DNA from: a virus
Reading direction: 5' to 3' (one strand)
IMG/VR virus record: IMGVR_UViG_3300012665_001507
DNA length: 64,000 nt
How positions within the stretch are numbered: the stretch's first letter is position 1; the number at the start of each line of letters is the position of its first letter. This document shows positions 17,008 to 25,884 of this stretch, one piece after another. A model generated the notes under the pieces. The model was not told the DNA's origin, did no database searches, and saw nothing but the letters and a program-made list of their open reading frames with translations. The position numbers and the translations under genes were made by a program.

Positions 17008-18272
17008 TAATCACGTCTAAAAATAACTTTGTTATTGTCACCGTCTTTAACAATTTTGTTTGAACCAATTCGTTCCACCATATTGTTAGATTTTGGTTCT
17101 GGCACTTTAACAGAAAAACCTCTGTTACCTTCTTTGATTTCTTTGATATCTTCTAACTCAATTTTACCCTTGGCGATAACTGGTTCTTTTTTAGGAGTGA
17201 TTTTTTCTTGTTTTACTCCCTCATTTACTCCCTCATTTACTCCCTCATTTGCACCCTCATTTGCAGCATCACTTACAGCATCACTTACAACATCACTTAC
17301 AGCATCATCTTTTAATTCTTCGACAATATTTTTTAATAGTTCTTTTGTCGTATCTTTTTTAGAAGATAATTTAGATGCCGTTTCAGTTACCTTGTTTTTA
17401 AGATGACTCAACCATTTTTTATCTCTAACTCTTTTAGTTTTTGGTGTTTCAACAATATGTACTTCTTCTTCCACGCTATTACCAGTTTCTAACATAAAAA
17501 CCTTATTTGTTATAAGAATCAACGCAACAGCTAATGGGTCAAAGACAAAGATTAATAACAATATCATATAATTAACCACATTGGCCATAGGAACACCTGT
17601 AAGCTCAGATATATACTTCAACGGACCAACTTCACCAGCAACATCACTACTAGCTTTCATTTCTAACCCTTTTACATTATATGCACTAATTGAATCGGAC
17701 AACACAGAATTTTTAGCGTTTAATTCATCAATATCTAAAGTTAATTTTTGAATCTCTGAGTTAGCACTAGCAATATCACCTCTCACGCTATTTCTAGCTC
17801 TATTAGATGTTGAGCCATCTAAACGTGATTCTTGATTTGTTCTAAGGTTAGATAATTGGTCTAAACGTTTTGTTTTAGTATCTATGATTTTTTGATTATC
17901 AGCAACACTTTTTTCAAACACAGCTTTTTTACCATCCAAAACACCTAATTCTCCTTCGTGTATTTCTAACTTATTCGCTGTTTTTTGATATGCATTTGAA
18001 AGGAATCCGTAAATACCAGCTGATGTAATCAACATAAGGACACCAACACTAACCGTTAAGTATATTCTAAGACCTTTGGCTAATTTATGCCAATATGTGT
18101 GTAACGCTGTTGTTGTAACAATCTTACCTAGTTCTAGAATAGATGCCATTATGATAACAGCAGTACTAGCACCCGCAAATAACTGACTAAGACCCCACAC
18201 TGAAAAGTATGCAGCACATCCAGCAACTGATAGGGCCAAAATTAACATTATGTATCTAAGCTTAAATTTCAT
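17007..18272 (-). CDS. Multi-pass membrane protein with a long coiled coil and a low-complexity tail
   Basis: Three N-terminal TMs (SVWGLSQLFAG, LELGK), a coiled coil and a further TM (IFVFDPLA). Confidence 0.75.
   Translation of the reverse strand: MKFKLRYIMLILALSVAGCAAYFSVWGLSQLFAGASTAVIIMASILELGKIVTTTALHTYWHKLAKGLRIYLTVSVGVLMLITSAGIYGFLSNAYQKTANKLEIHEGELGVLDGKKAVFEKSVADNQKIIDTKTKRLDQLSNLRTNQESRLDGSTSNRARNSVRGDIASANSEIQKLTLDIDELNAKNSVLSDSISAYNVKGLEMKASSDVAGEVGPLKYISELTGVPMANVVNYMILLLIFVFDPLAVALILITNKVFMLETGNSVEEEVHIVETPKTKRVRDKKWLSHLKNKVTETASKLSSKKDTTKELLKNIVEELKDDAVSDVVSDAVSDAANEGANEGVNEGVNEGVKQEKITPKKEPVIAKGKIELEDIKEIKEGNRGFSVKVPEPKSNNMVERIGSNKIVKDGDNNKVIFRRD
17213..17308 (-). repeat. 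12-bp in-frame tandem repeats (DAVS/DVVS then EGAN/EGVN)
   Basis: (TTTACTCCCTCA)n grading into (CTTACAGCATCA)n. Confidence 0.85.
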
Positions 18273-18288
18273 ATTTCTTTGTTTTTAC

Positions 18289-18296
18289 TATAAATA
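18289..18296 (-). promoter_or_regulatory. Putative late promoter TATTTATA
   Basis: 16 nt upstream of the ATG at 18272. Confidence 0.65.
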
Positions 18297-18306
18297 TCCT
18301 TATGAC

Positions 18307-18331
18307 AAAAAAAGGGTCCTAAAACCCTTTT
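18307..18331 (-). terminator. Intrinsic terminator after the sigma gene
   Basis: AAAAAAAGGGT-CCTAAA-ACCCTTTT. Confidence 0.75.
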
Positions 18332-18333
18332 CT

Positions 18334-19164
18334 TTATTCATTCATTAACATTTGTAAACCTTGTGCGTTATGTCTTAACTTACGGATAGCCTTTTCTTTG
18401 ATTTGACGGATTCTTTCTTTTGTTAACCCATACTTCTCACCAATTGCCTCCAACGTCATTGACTCACATTCTGTATCAATCCCGAAATAACTTTCAATTA
18501 TCATTCGCTCCCTATTATCCAAGATTGCTAATGTTTTAGTTAATTCGTCTTTTATTTTTTCCGTTATTTCTAGTTCATCAACATCGATTGTTTCTCCTGG
18601 AATTAATTCGATTAATTCATCACCATCTTCATTGATTAACTGATTTAAAGAAATTGCTTTAGGAAAACTTAAAGTTGCAGCGATTTGAGTTTCACCTCTT
18701 AAAATCTCACCAAAAACTGGCTCTCTTTCATTATCGTTTTCGAATCTAGAAATCTCTTTATTCATTTTTGTTATCTTGTTGATAACGTTGGCTGGTAATC
18801 TAACAACCCTAGCGTTATCATTTAGACCTTGTATAATGGATTGTTTAATCCACCAAACAGCATATGAGATAAACCTAAAACCTCTGTTGTGGTCAAATCT
18901 ACTCGCTGCTTTAATTAAACCATAATTACCCTCACTAATCAAGTCGCATAACGGTAAACCTTGGTTTTGATATTCTTTTGCAATTGAAACGACAAACTTT
19001 AAATTTGCGTTTACTAATTCTTCGGTGGCTTTAGAGTCACCCTCTTTGATTCTTTTTGCTAAATTAACTTCCTCTTCTGGAGTTAATAATACTGATTTTC
19101 TTACTTCCTTAAAATATTTTGCGATGCTATCATCTGTTTCAAAATTTGTAAATTTTTTGTTCAT
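18334..19164 (-). CDS. RNA polymerase sigma-70 factor, Bacteroidetes RpoD-like (no region 1.1)
   Basis: ANLKFVVSIAKEY, DLISEGNYGLIKAA.RFD..RGFRFISYAVWWIKQSI, region 4.2 TLEAIG...LTKERIRQIKEKAIRKLR. Confidence 0.92.
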   Translation of the reverse strand: MNKKFTNFETDDSIAKYFKEVRKSVLLTPEEEVNLAKRIKEGDSKATEELVNANLKFVVSIAKEYQNQGLPLCDLISEGNYGLIKAASRFDHNRGFRFISYAVWWIKQSIIQGLNDNARVVRLPANVINKITKMNKEISRFENDNEREPVFGEILRGETQIAATLSFPKAISLNQLINEDGDELIELIPGETIDVDELEITEKIKDELTKTLAILDNRERMIIESYFGIDTECESMTLEAIGEKYGLTKERIRQIKEKAIRKLRHNAQGLQMLMNE

Positions 19165-19208
19165 TAAACTGTTTCATTTTACTCTTCTTTTGTTATGTTT
19201 CAACAATA

Positions 19209-19239
19209 CAAATATACGACAAAAAGCCAATAAAGTCAA
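19209..19239 (-). promoter_or_regulatory. Bacteroidetes-type promoter for the sigma gene
   Basis: TTGA-N19-TATATTTG. Confidence 0.8.
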
Positions 19240-19252
19240 GACTTTTCGGCAT

Positions 19253-19786
19253 TTATTTTGCCAATAAAGGCAATATTTTTTTGTCGTAATCAGTCATATT
19301 TTCTAAACCATTATCCATAATTTGGTTTATCAAATCTTCCTTTTCTTTTTTAGTCATTGTCTCAATTTCAGACTCGCTGATTACCACTTCCTCTTTTTTA
19401 ATTTCATTTTCAATAACAGCGTCTTCAATTTCTGCTGTGTTATGAGGATGTGGTTGAGAAACCAATGCTTTTAAAAACTCAATTGTTTTTGTGTCAAGTT
19501 CATTATCGGTAGTTTGTTTAACAAACCCGAACAAACCTTCATGAACCTCTTTTTTGGTAATTAAATAACCAGAGCTCTTTGGGTCCAAATCGAACACCAT
19601 GAAGCTTCTATTGTTTAATGTAAACCATGCTGATATTTCTTTAATATCAACAAAAGAAGTAAACGTACCAATGATTATCCCTTTAGCATCCAATATGTTA
19701 GGTTTAGAATCGCTAATTTTTTCGATTTCTTTAACCGCACCATTGGTGTCTCCCATAATAATCACACAATAATTCTTAAATTTCAT
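19253..19786 (-). CDS. Early hypothetical protein with a C-terminal DUF6576-like motif
   Basis: Ends DLINQIMDNGLENMTDYDKKIL; promoter TTGC-N19-TATCTTTG at 19803-19833. Confidence 0.7.
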   Translation of the reverse strand: MKFKNYCVIIMGDTNGAVKEIEKISDSKPNILDAKGIIIGTFTSFVDIKEISAWFTLNNRSFMVFDLDPKSSGYLITKKEVHEGLFGFVKQTTDNELDTKTIEFLKALVSQPHPHNTAEIEDAVIENEIKKEEVVISESEIETMTKKEKEDLINQIMDNGLENMTDYDKKILPLLAK

Positions 19787-19802
19787 ATATTGTTATTTTA
19801 CA

Positions 19803-19833
19803 CAAAGATACGAATTTTATCTTGTAGTTGCAA
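19803..19833 (-). promoter_or_regulatory. Bacteroidetes-type promoter
   Basis: TTGC-N19-TATCTTTG. Confidence 0.8.
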
Positions 19834-22203
19834 CTATTTGATAGTTATTTTAGACATATTGTCTTTTTTCACAACAGTAATCATGTTATCACCCCAATCT
19901 TTTACCAAGTCGTTATGGGTAATAAAGAAAACAATTTCGTACATATCTTTTATCTTATCAAAGAGTGTTTTCAGTTTTTCTAAGTTTTCTGGTGCTACTT
20001 TACCTAGAACTTCGTCAAATGTGATAAAGTTTGGCATCGGTAACGTAGATAATTTACCTAACACCGCTCTAAGTGCAAGACTGGCAGCTGTCTTTTCAAA
20101 ACCAGACCCAGACTTTAACAATTTAGAAACCTCATCTTTTACAATCAAAAACTGAACATCATTCTTATCATTCATAAATATCTCGATATCGAAATCTACA
20201 ACGTCTTCTAACAATCTTTGTGCTTCAGAATTGATAATTGGTAGCACTGAACGCAAAACAAGTTTACTAATACCTTTCTTCCCAACCAATTCAATATAGA
20301 TTTTAAAGATTTTATCAATCTCTTCTTCTTTCTTGATGGTCTCAATTAATTTAGTCTTAGTAACAATACTTGTTCTATGTGATTGAATATCTGTCTGTAC
20401 TCTTTGTGTATGTGTAAGAGTTTGTTCTTTTGTATGCTCACAAACAGCCAATTTTGTTTTTATGTTGATGACTTCAATCTCAACTTTTTTGTTAAATTCG
20501 ATGGCATCCAGATTAAGCTGGTATTTTTTAAGGTCGTTTTTCTTAGCTATTACGTCATTTCGTAATGAACCCATTTCAACATCCATTCTATCAACACTTA
20601 ACTCTAATTTGTTTTTGTTATCTACTTGTGTTTTGTTTTCGTTTAAAACTGTCAATTCAGCAGACAACGATTTCAACACCTTATCAATACCCAATACTTC
20701 TTGTCTTAATTTTTCAATATCCAACTCATGTTTAGCAATATGTGCTGAGTTATCAACATCGTCTAATTTTCTATTACACGATTGACAAATACCACCAGCA
20801 ATCAAACCAGAGACAACTTTTTCAAGTCTAGTAACTTCTGCTTCTTTTAACGCTTTGTTTGTTGTGTTTGTATTAAACTCTTTGGTCAAGGCCAAGTGTT
20901 TATCTTCATCAAAATCGGTTTCACCGATTGCAACTATTTTAACTTTTAACCCAGCAACATTCTCTTTAAGTTCAACACCTTTCTCAATTAGTTTAGCAAC
21001 CTCACCTTCCAATTTTTCTGGGTTTAACTCAGAAATAGTCACATCAATCTTTTCCTTGCTGTTGATATAAGCATCTTTGCTATCAGTAAGTGTTTGGATT
21101 TCAGTCTTAGTATCTTCTAACTTTTGTTTTAATTCAACCTCCAACTCTTCACTTAAAATAATTTTATCGTTGTGGTCGTCAATTTCTTCACTTAAAGTAA
21201 TAACATCGTACTCATTAGATTTTTTCTTTCTAGCGAATTCATTATACATTTCCCTAGCAGCTTTTTCTTTAAGTTCTAGAATTTCTAGACCAATAAGTCT
21301 TGTAAGTACTTTTCCAGATTCAGTAGTTGTCAAACCGATAAGGTCATCCAAGTTTTTCTCTGTTGCAAGCACCAACATCTCAAAATCCTTCTCACTGCCT
21401 ATGGTTTCTTTAAGTTTTTTTGTTGTTTGGGTAGCGTCTTCTTCGTTTAGTTCTTCTTCTTCACCATCTGGAAGTATTCGATAATAATTAACCTTGTTGG
21501 TAACTGTCCAACCACCATCTTTTTTTGCCGAACGTCTCATTTTACGCTCAATAATAGTTTCTTCACCTTCAATATCAATCATACCACGTACTACCAACTC
21601 GTTTTTATCACTATATGTGTTAAAAATTTGTTCATTGGTATCTGTTTTGGTTGTATTACCATGTAGTAAAAACTTAATAGCATCAATTGTAAGTGTAGTT
21701 TTACCACCTTGATTAGCTGGAATAGAGTTTACAACTGTTAAACCTTTCATTTTACTGAAAGGAACATAATTACTCTCCCCAAATGATAAGAAATTATCAA
21801 TCATAATCCATTTGATGGACCAACTTCTATGAGCAGCTTGTGTTAAATCAACATTTAATTCACCGTTTACCTTATCATCTAACGCAACGATACGATTAAA
21901 GTCAACATTCTTACTCTCTCTAGTAATTAGTTCCTTCATAAGGGCTCTTTGATAGTTAACATCCATGATGTTTTCTATACCAGCACCTGTAATCTCAATT
22001 GCATCACCACTAGCATTAAATCTAACAGGTCTATAAACAATGGTGATGTTATTTTTTTGAACACCATACTTGCTAGCAATTTGATTCCTAATCTTATTCT
22101 TAGCTTCTTTGCTGTAGTTATGTGGTTGGTCATCCCAATATACCTTAACTTTAGAGTATGGGGATATTAATGTACTATTTGCGGTATCTGTATTATTCGC
22201 CAT
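19834..22203 (-). CDS. sbcC: SbcC/Rad50/T4 gp46-like SMC ATPase recombination nuclease subunit
   Basis: NFLSFG, Walker A NQGGKTT, zinc hook CQSC, signature KSGSGFEK, Walker B ITFDE, H-loop ITH. Confidence 0.9.
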   Translation of the reverse strand: MANNTDTANSTLISPYSKVKVYWDDQPHNYSKEAKNKIRNQIASKYGVQKNNITIVYRPVRFNASGDAIEITGAGIENIMDVNYQRALMKELITRESKNVDFNRIVALDDKVNGELNVDLTQAAHRSWSIKWIMIDNFLSFGESNYVPFSKMKGLTVVNSIPANQGGKTTLTIDAIKFLLHGNTTKTDTNEQIFNTYSDKNELVVRGMIDIEGEETIIERKMRRSAKKDGGWTVTNKVNYYRILPDGEEEELNEEDATQTTKKLKETIGSEKDFEMLVLATEKNLDDLIGLTTTESGKVLTRLIGLEILELKEKAAREMYNEFARKKKSNEYDVITLSEEIDDHNDKIILSEELEVELKQKLEDTKTEIQTLTDSKDAYINSKEKIDVTISELNPEKLEGEVAKLIEKGVELKENVAGLKVKIVAIGETDFDEDKHLALTKEFNTNTTNKALKEAEVTRLEKVVSGLIAGGICQSCNRKLDDVDNSAHIAKHELDIEKLRQEVLGIDKVLKSLSAELTVLNENKTQVDNKNKLELSVDRMDVEMGSLRNDVIAKKNDLKKYQLNLDAIEFNKKVEIEVINIKTKLAVCEHTKEQTLTHTQRVQTDIQSHRTSIVTKTKLIETIKKEEEIDKIFKIYIELVGKKGISKLVLRSVLPIINSEAQRLLEDVVDFDIEIFMNDKNDVQFLIVKDEVSKLLKSGSGFEKTAASLALRAVLGKLSTLPMPNFITFDEVLGKVAPENLEKLKTLFDKIKDMYEIVFFITHNDLVKDWGDNMITVVKKDNMSKITIK

Positions 22204-22630
22204 AAATGTCGGTTTTCTTTTTCTTTTTTTCTTCTTCTAATTCTTTTTGGACAGCTTTTAACTGGTCACCAAATTTTGCTAATTCTTTTGATGAAGTTAT
22301 ATGACGTTCTTCGTGAGTTTTATTTAACCCTTCCAATCTTTCAATCTCATCAGTTAATTTCTTCGTGTGTGAATCGTCAGTGATATAAACTTCTTTTTCA
22401 ATTGTTACCTCAACAATTTTTTCAACAACCTTTTCCACCTCAACTGGTACTTCGACTACTTTTTCAACAATCTTTTCCACAATCTTCTCAGCAATAGCTG
22501 GTGTTGACCCAAATTTTTCAACGGTAAAACCTTGCTTAACTAGTTTTACTGTAAACTCATCAATATTAGTTATATTGTTAAGCCTACAGTAATCCCAGAT
22601 TTCGTTTTTAAGTTGTTGGGGTAGCTCCAT
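22193..22630 (-). CDS. Hypothetical protein with KIVE/VEV low-complexity repeats
   Basis: EKIVEKIVEKVVEVPVEVEKVVEKIVEV. Confidence 0.7.
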   Translation of the reverse strand: MELPQQLKNEIWDYCRLNNITNIDEFTVKLVKQGFTVEKFGSTPAIAEKIVEKIVEKVVEVPVEVEKVVEKIVEVTIEKEVYITDDSHTKKLTDEIERLEGLNKTHEERHITSSKELAKFGDQLKAVQKELEEEKKKKKTDIYGE

Positions 22631-22847
22631 CTAATTTGTCGTTTACGTCTTCTTGTGTTTGGTGGAAGAAACATACTTCTCTACCGTGTTCGTCCACATA
22701 CAATGCTATTATTGGTTTATCTAAGCGATAAACTAAACTGTTCTCATCTTCTGGGTCCAAAAGACCCACTTCACCGTTTACAATGCTATATCCATCCATA
22801 GAATCTGGGATATTAGCAATAAATTCTTTTAATTCTCCTAATGTCAT
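22608..22847 (-). CDS. Small hypothetical protein
   Basis: 79 aa, ATGA overlap with the sbcD-like gene. Confidence 0.7.
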   Translation of the reverse strand: MTLGELKEFIANIPDSMDGYSIVNGEVGLLDPEDENSLVYRLDKPIIALYVDEHGREVCFFHQTQEDVNDKLDGATPTT

Positions 22848-23656
22848 AAGTTTGTTATTTGTTCTGTTCCGTTTTCAATATCTTCAATCGATTTGATTTT
22901 GAATTGATAATACGGAAACTTATTGTCAACATCGTGTTCAGTATATGTTTTGGTTGGTATATCCCATAATAAGAACCCATGTTTTGTTATGTTTTCACCA
23001 AAGTTTTGTTGAATCAATGATGATGGATAGGCAATCAAAATACCCTTGTGGTTGAATACTTGTCTTTTGTGGATATCACCTAACATCACAATATCACATC
23101 CTTCGAATATCTCTAATCCAGCACCGTGGTCAATCTCATAACCAATATCTGTTTTAGCGTTAACTACTGGAGCGTGGAATAAACCAATATAAGTTTTATC
23201 ATCACCGAATTGTAATCTAGCCGATTCAATATCTGGTCTCTCGTTTTCTTCAAAAATTGAATAAACACACCAGACAACATCACCATCCAAGTAACATTTA
23301 GATTCTTTGAAGTAATTGATTTCTTGGTCTGGCAAGAACTGAACCATCGGACTAATACTATCCATACGGTCTTTATTGTTTTCTAACAAATCGTGATTAC
23401 CAGCAATCATGATGACTGGTGCGATTTTTTCTAGTTCTCTTAAGAACCAAGTACCAAGCATCAACTGCTCGTTAGAGATAACAATCTTTTGATGAACAAG
23501 GTCACCAGCAATCACTATTCTAATTTCTTCTCGTTTGTATTCAGTTAACAATTCAGTCAAATCACTTATTAGCGTTTTGAACACATCTCTGTATTCATCA
23601 TGCATCCTAAACGTTCTAATGTGAATGTCAGCTAAATGGACTATTTTCTTTACCAT
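22844..23656 (-). CDS. sbcD: SbcD/Mre11/T4 gp47-like metallophosphoesterase nuclease
   Basis: HLADIH, AGDL, GNHD, LFH and GDIHKRQ motifs. Confidence 0.9.
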   Translation of the reverse strand: MVKKIVHLADIHIRTFRMHDEYRDVFKTLISDLTELLTEYKREEIRIVIAGDLVHQKIVISNEQLMLGTWFLRELEKIAPVIMIAGNHDLLENNKDRMDSISPMVQFLPDQEINYFKESKCYLDGDVVWCVYSIFEENERPDIESARLQFGDDKTYIGLFHAPVVNAKTDIGYEIDHGAGLEIFEGCDIVMLGDIHKRQVFNHKGILIAYPSSLIQQNFGENITKHGFLLWDIPTKTYTEHDVDNKFPYYQFKIKSIEDIENGTEQITNL

Positions 23657-23659
23657 TGA

Positions 23660-24442
23660 TTATGCGTTTTTCATTAAGTTATAGTGGTGCATCTCAATAA
23701 GCTTTTTAGCTTCATGTTTAAGATACATTATTTGAATCTTTTCAAAAGTCTTTTTCTCTTTATCCCAATATCCAATACAGATTTGTCTACACTTGCGACC
23801 AGGAAACTCCAACTCGTACATATACGCATACACACTTAACTGAAGAGTATAGATTGACCATTGACATGATTGTAGATGGTCAAATGGTTTAAATAACGTT
23901 TCATAACCATATGGGTTAAAAAAATTAAACTCTCTATTTGTTTTCCAATCCCATACATCAAAATAAACATCGTCTATATCAATGATAAGGTCGGACATAC
24001 CAGCCAATTCGTATTGCTCAGCGAACAATATACGTTCTGGCCACATTGCCATACCCTCATCAATTTTTAGTGCGTTAAATCCATCGATTACGCATTGTTC
24101 AAATTCACCTTCTTCATTGTCTTCTGGGTAATACCATTTGTTTGCCAATAAATAACGTTCAACAATATCGTGTACCTTGGTACCGTAGATATTTGCTTCA
24201 TCATTTAGCATTTGCCAAAAATCAAGTATTTGTTGCTGTGTTAAACCGATATAACGTTCTTGTTTAACATTGTCCAGTTGTTTTGTTATCGCCAAAGAAA
24301 CAGCTTCAGAATCAAAGTGGGGTTCAATAGAACTAAGGGTCGTAGTAACCGACTTGTATGTTTTACCAGTAACCCTATGATGATACTTATGTTCAATGGG
24401 TTCTAAGAAAACTGGGCCTTCCCATAATTTTGCTTTGCTCAT
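23660..24442 (-). CDS. PD-(D/E)XK exonuclease-like protein
   Basis: SVTT, GTKVH, E..L, AGMSDL, DWKT, QLSVYAY; start re-called to MSKAK at 24442, downstream of the promoter. Confidence 0.85.
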   Translation of the reverse strand: MSKAKLWEGPVFLEPIEHKYHHRVTGKTYKSVTTTLSSIEPHFDSEAVSLAITKQLDNVKQERYIGLTQQQILDFWQMLNDEANIYGTKVHDIVERYLLANKWYYPEDNEEGEFEQCVIDGFNALKIDEGMAMWPERILFAEQYELAGMSDLIIDIDDVYFDVWDWKTNREFNFFNPYGYETLFKPFDHLQSCQWSIYTLQLSVYAYMYELEFPGRKCRQICIGYWDKEKKTFEKIQIMYLKHEAKKLIEMHHYNLMKNA

Positions 24443-24456
24443 ATTTCTTTTTCTTA

Positions 24457-24487
24457 CAAAGATACGAAATTTTATTCTATGTTGCAA
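24457..24487 (-). promoter_or_regulatory. Bacteroidetes-type promoter for the nuclease/SbcCD operon
   Basis: TTGC-N19-TATCTTTG. Confidence 0.8.
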
Positions 24488-24488
24488 G

Positions 24489-24496
24489 TATTTATA
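24489..24496 (+). promoter_or_regulatory. Putative late promoter TATTTATA for the GNAT gene
   Basis: On the plus strand, 13 nt before a plus-strand ATG, which fixes the motif orientation. Confidence 0.65.
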
Positions 24497-24509
24497 TTAA
24501 AAGAATATA

Positions 24510-24896
24510 ATGAAAGAGTTTATCCAAAAACAGTTTAGAAAATTAATACTGGAATCCGAAAACGAAAAGATTGATACCTCTAAAATCAAAATTAAAAAAC
24601 AAGTGGTAAATAACTTGTTAGTTTTTACACCTTTTTATGATGGTGAAAGAATGGGTGCGTTTAGACTTAGACCATTTGGTAACGACTATAAAATTTTTGG
24701 TGTTGTTCTTAATGATAGATTCAAAGGACAAGGTATTGGTAAAGGAATGTATCGATACATTATCAAAACAATAGGTAAAGAAGGTAAAAAATTATATTCT
24801 GATGATAAACAATCACAAGACGCACAAAATGTGTGGAATAGTTTAGTTAGAAACGGCTTCGCAACACCTACTGATACTGGATACGTATCAATTTAG
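24510..24896 (+). CDS. GNAT-family acetyltransferase with a CTS-like N-terminus
   Basis: Acetyl-CoA motif RFKGQGIGKGMY; SDDKQSQDAQNVW; N-terminus MKEFIQKQFRKLILESE. Confidence 0.75.
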   Translation: MKEFIQKQFRKLILESENEKIDTSKIKIKKQVVNNLLVFTPFYDGERMGAFRLRPFGNDYKIFGVVLNDRFKGQGIGKGMYRYIIKTIGKEGKKLYSDDKQSQDAQNVWNSLVRNGFATPTDTGYVSI

Positions 24897-25849
24897 TAGA
24901 TATCCTTATCTTCTGGTTTAAAAGCACCCATAAGAAGCTTTGTAATACCTTTGTTACCTAATTTTTCATATATTTTAGACGGGTCATACCCCTCTGGTGG
25001 TCTCACTAATTTGATTCTACCTCTCAGATTACCAAAATTCAATTGTTTGTAAAGACTTTTAGCATCTTCCCACGCATCATCATCCAAAACAATCACAATA
25101 AAGCCAGCAGCTTTGTCATGTAATAATTCTAAAAGGTTATTTGAAAGGATTTTACCTAACAATGGGATAGAATTTGGTGTTACTATATGGTCAGTTGCAC
25201 CTTCCACTAAATAAACCGTTGCATCTAAGTTTAACCTACCCTCATTAAATATAATTTCTTGTTTCTCAGCATCTGGGTTTAGATATTTTAGCTTCGTGTA
25301 TTCTTTATCGAACCACCTAGCAATAAAATAATTCAATTCACCTTCCGAATCATAGGATGGGATAATTATTCTATTAAAAAATTTACCTTTATATGTGTAA
25401 CCAATATCAAATTCATCTATAATACCATCAGTGATACCTCTAGTTTTTAAATAATTTAACGCTAAATTTGCTTTGTAGTCTTTTTCAGTGCAATCTGAAA
25501 GTCTTTTATACCCTTCTGGTAAAGTTAATATTACTCGCTCACGTTCTCTATCAGTAATAAACTCAGCATCTGGTTTTACCAATAAGTAATCTCGTATATT
25601 TTTAGGGGTTGCGTATTTTTTAAGGAGTTTCATGACTGGCCCATGCATGCGATTTGTTTCATGGCATGACCAACATTTATACTTATTCATTTGGTAGTTA
25701 ATCTCTAAGTTACCCTTACCATCACCATCTACCAAACCTTTTTCAGCAGAGCATGCTGGACAATCAAATGCGATTTGCCCAGTATCCTCATTATGTTTTC
25801 TAGCATCACCCAAAAAACTTTCCAATATGTTAACTAATAACATTGCCAT
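24893..25849 (-). CDS. DNA primase (Zn finger plus TOPRIM)
   Basis: CPAC...CWSC, YLKTRGI, RIIIP, KYLNP, VEGATD and LDDDA. Confidence 0.88.
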   Translation of the reverse strand: MAMLLVNILESFLGDARKHNEDTGQIAFDCPACSAEKGLVDGDGKGNLEINYQMNKYKCWSCHETNRMHGPVMKLLKKYATPKNIRDYLLVKPDAEFITDRERERVILTLPEGYKRLSDCTEKDYKANLALNYLKTRGITDGIIDEFDIGYTYKGKFFNRIIIPSYDSEGELNYFIARWFDKEYTKLKYLNPDAEKQEIIFNEGRLNLDATVYLVEGATDHIVTPNSIPLLGKILSNNLLELLHDKAAGFIVIVLDDDAWEDAKSLYKQLNFGNLRGRIKLVRPPEGYDPSKIYEKLGNKGITKLLMGAFKPEDKDIY

Positions 25850-25853
25850 TCGA

Positions 25854-25884
25854 CAAAGGTACGAAATTAATTCTGATTTTCCAA
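25854..25884 (-). promoter_or_regulatory. Bacteroidetes-type promoter, probably giving a leaderless primase mRNA
   Basis: TTGG-N19-TACCTTTG ending 4 nt before the ATG. Confidence 0.75.

Noticed and set aside
23660-24442. Cas4 call for the PD-(D/E)XK nuclease
   Set aside because: No four-Cys Fe-S arrangement is evident and there is no CRISPR context; it sits in a recombination operon
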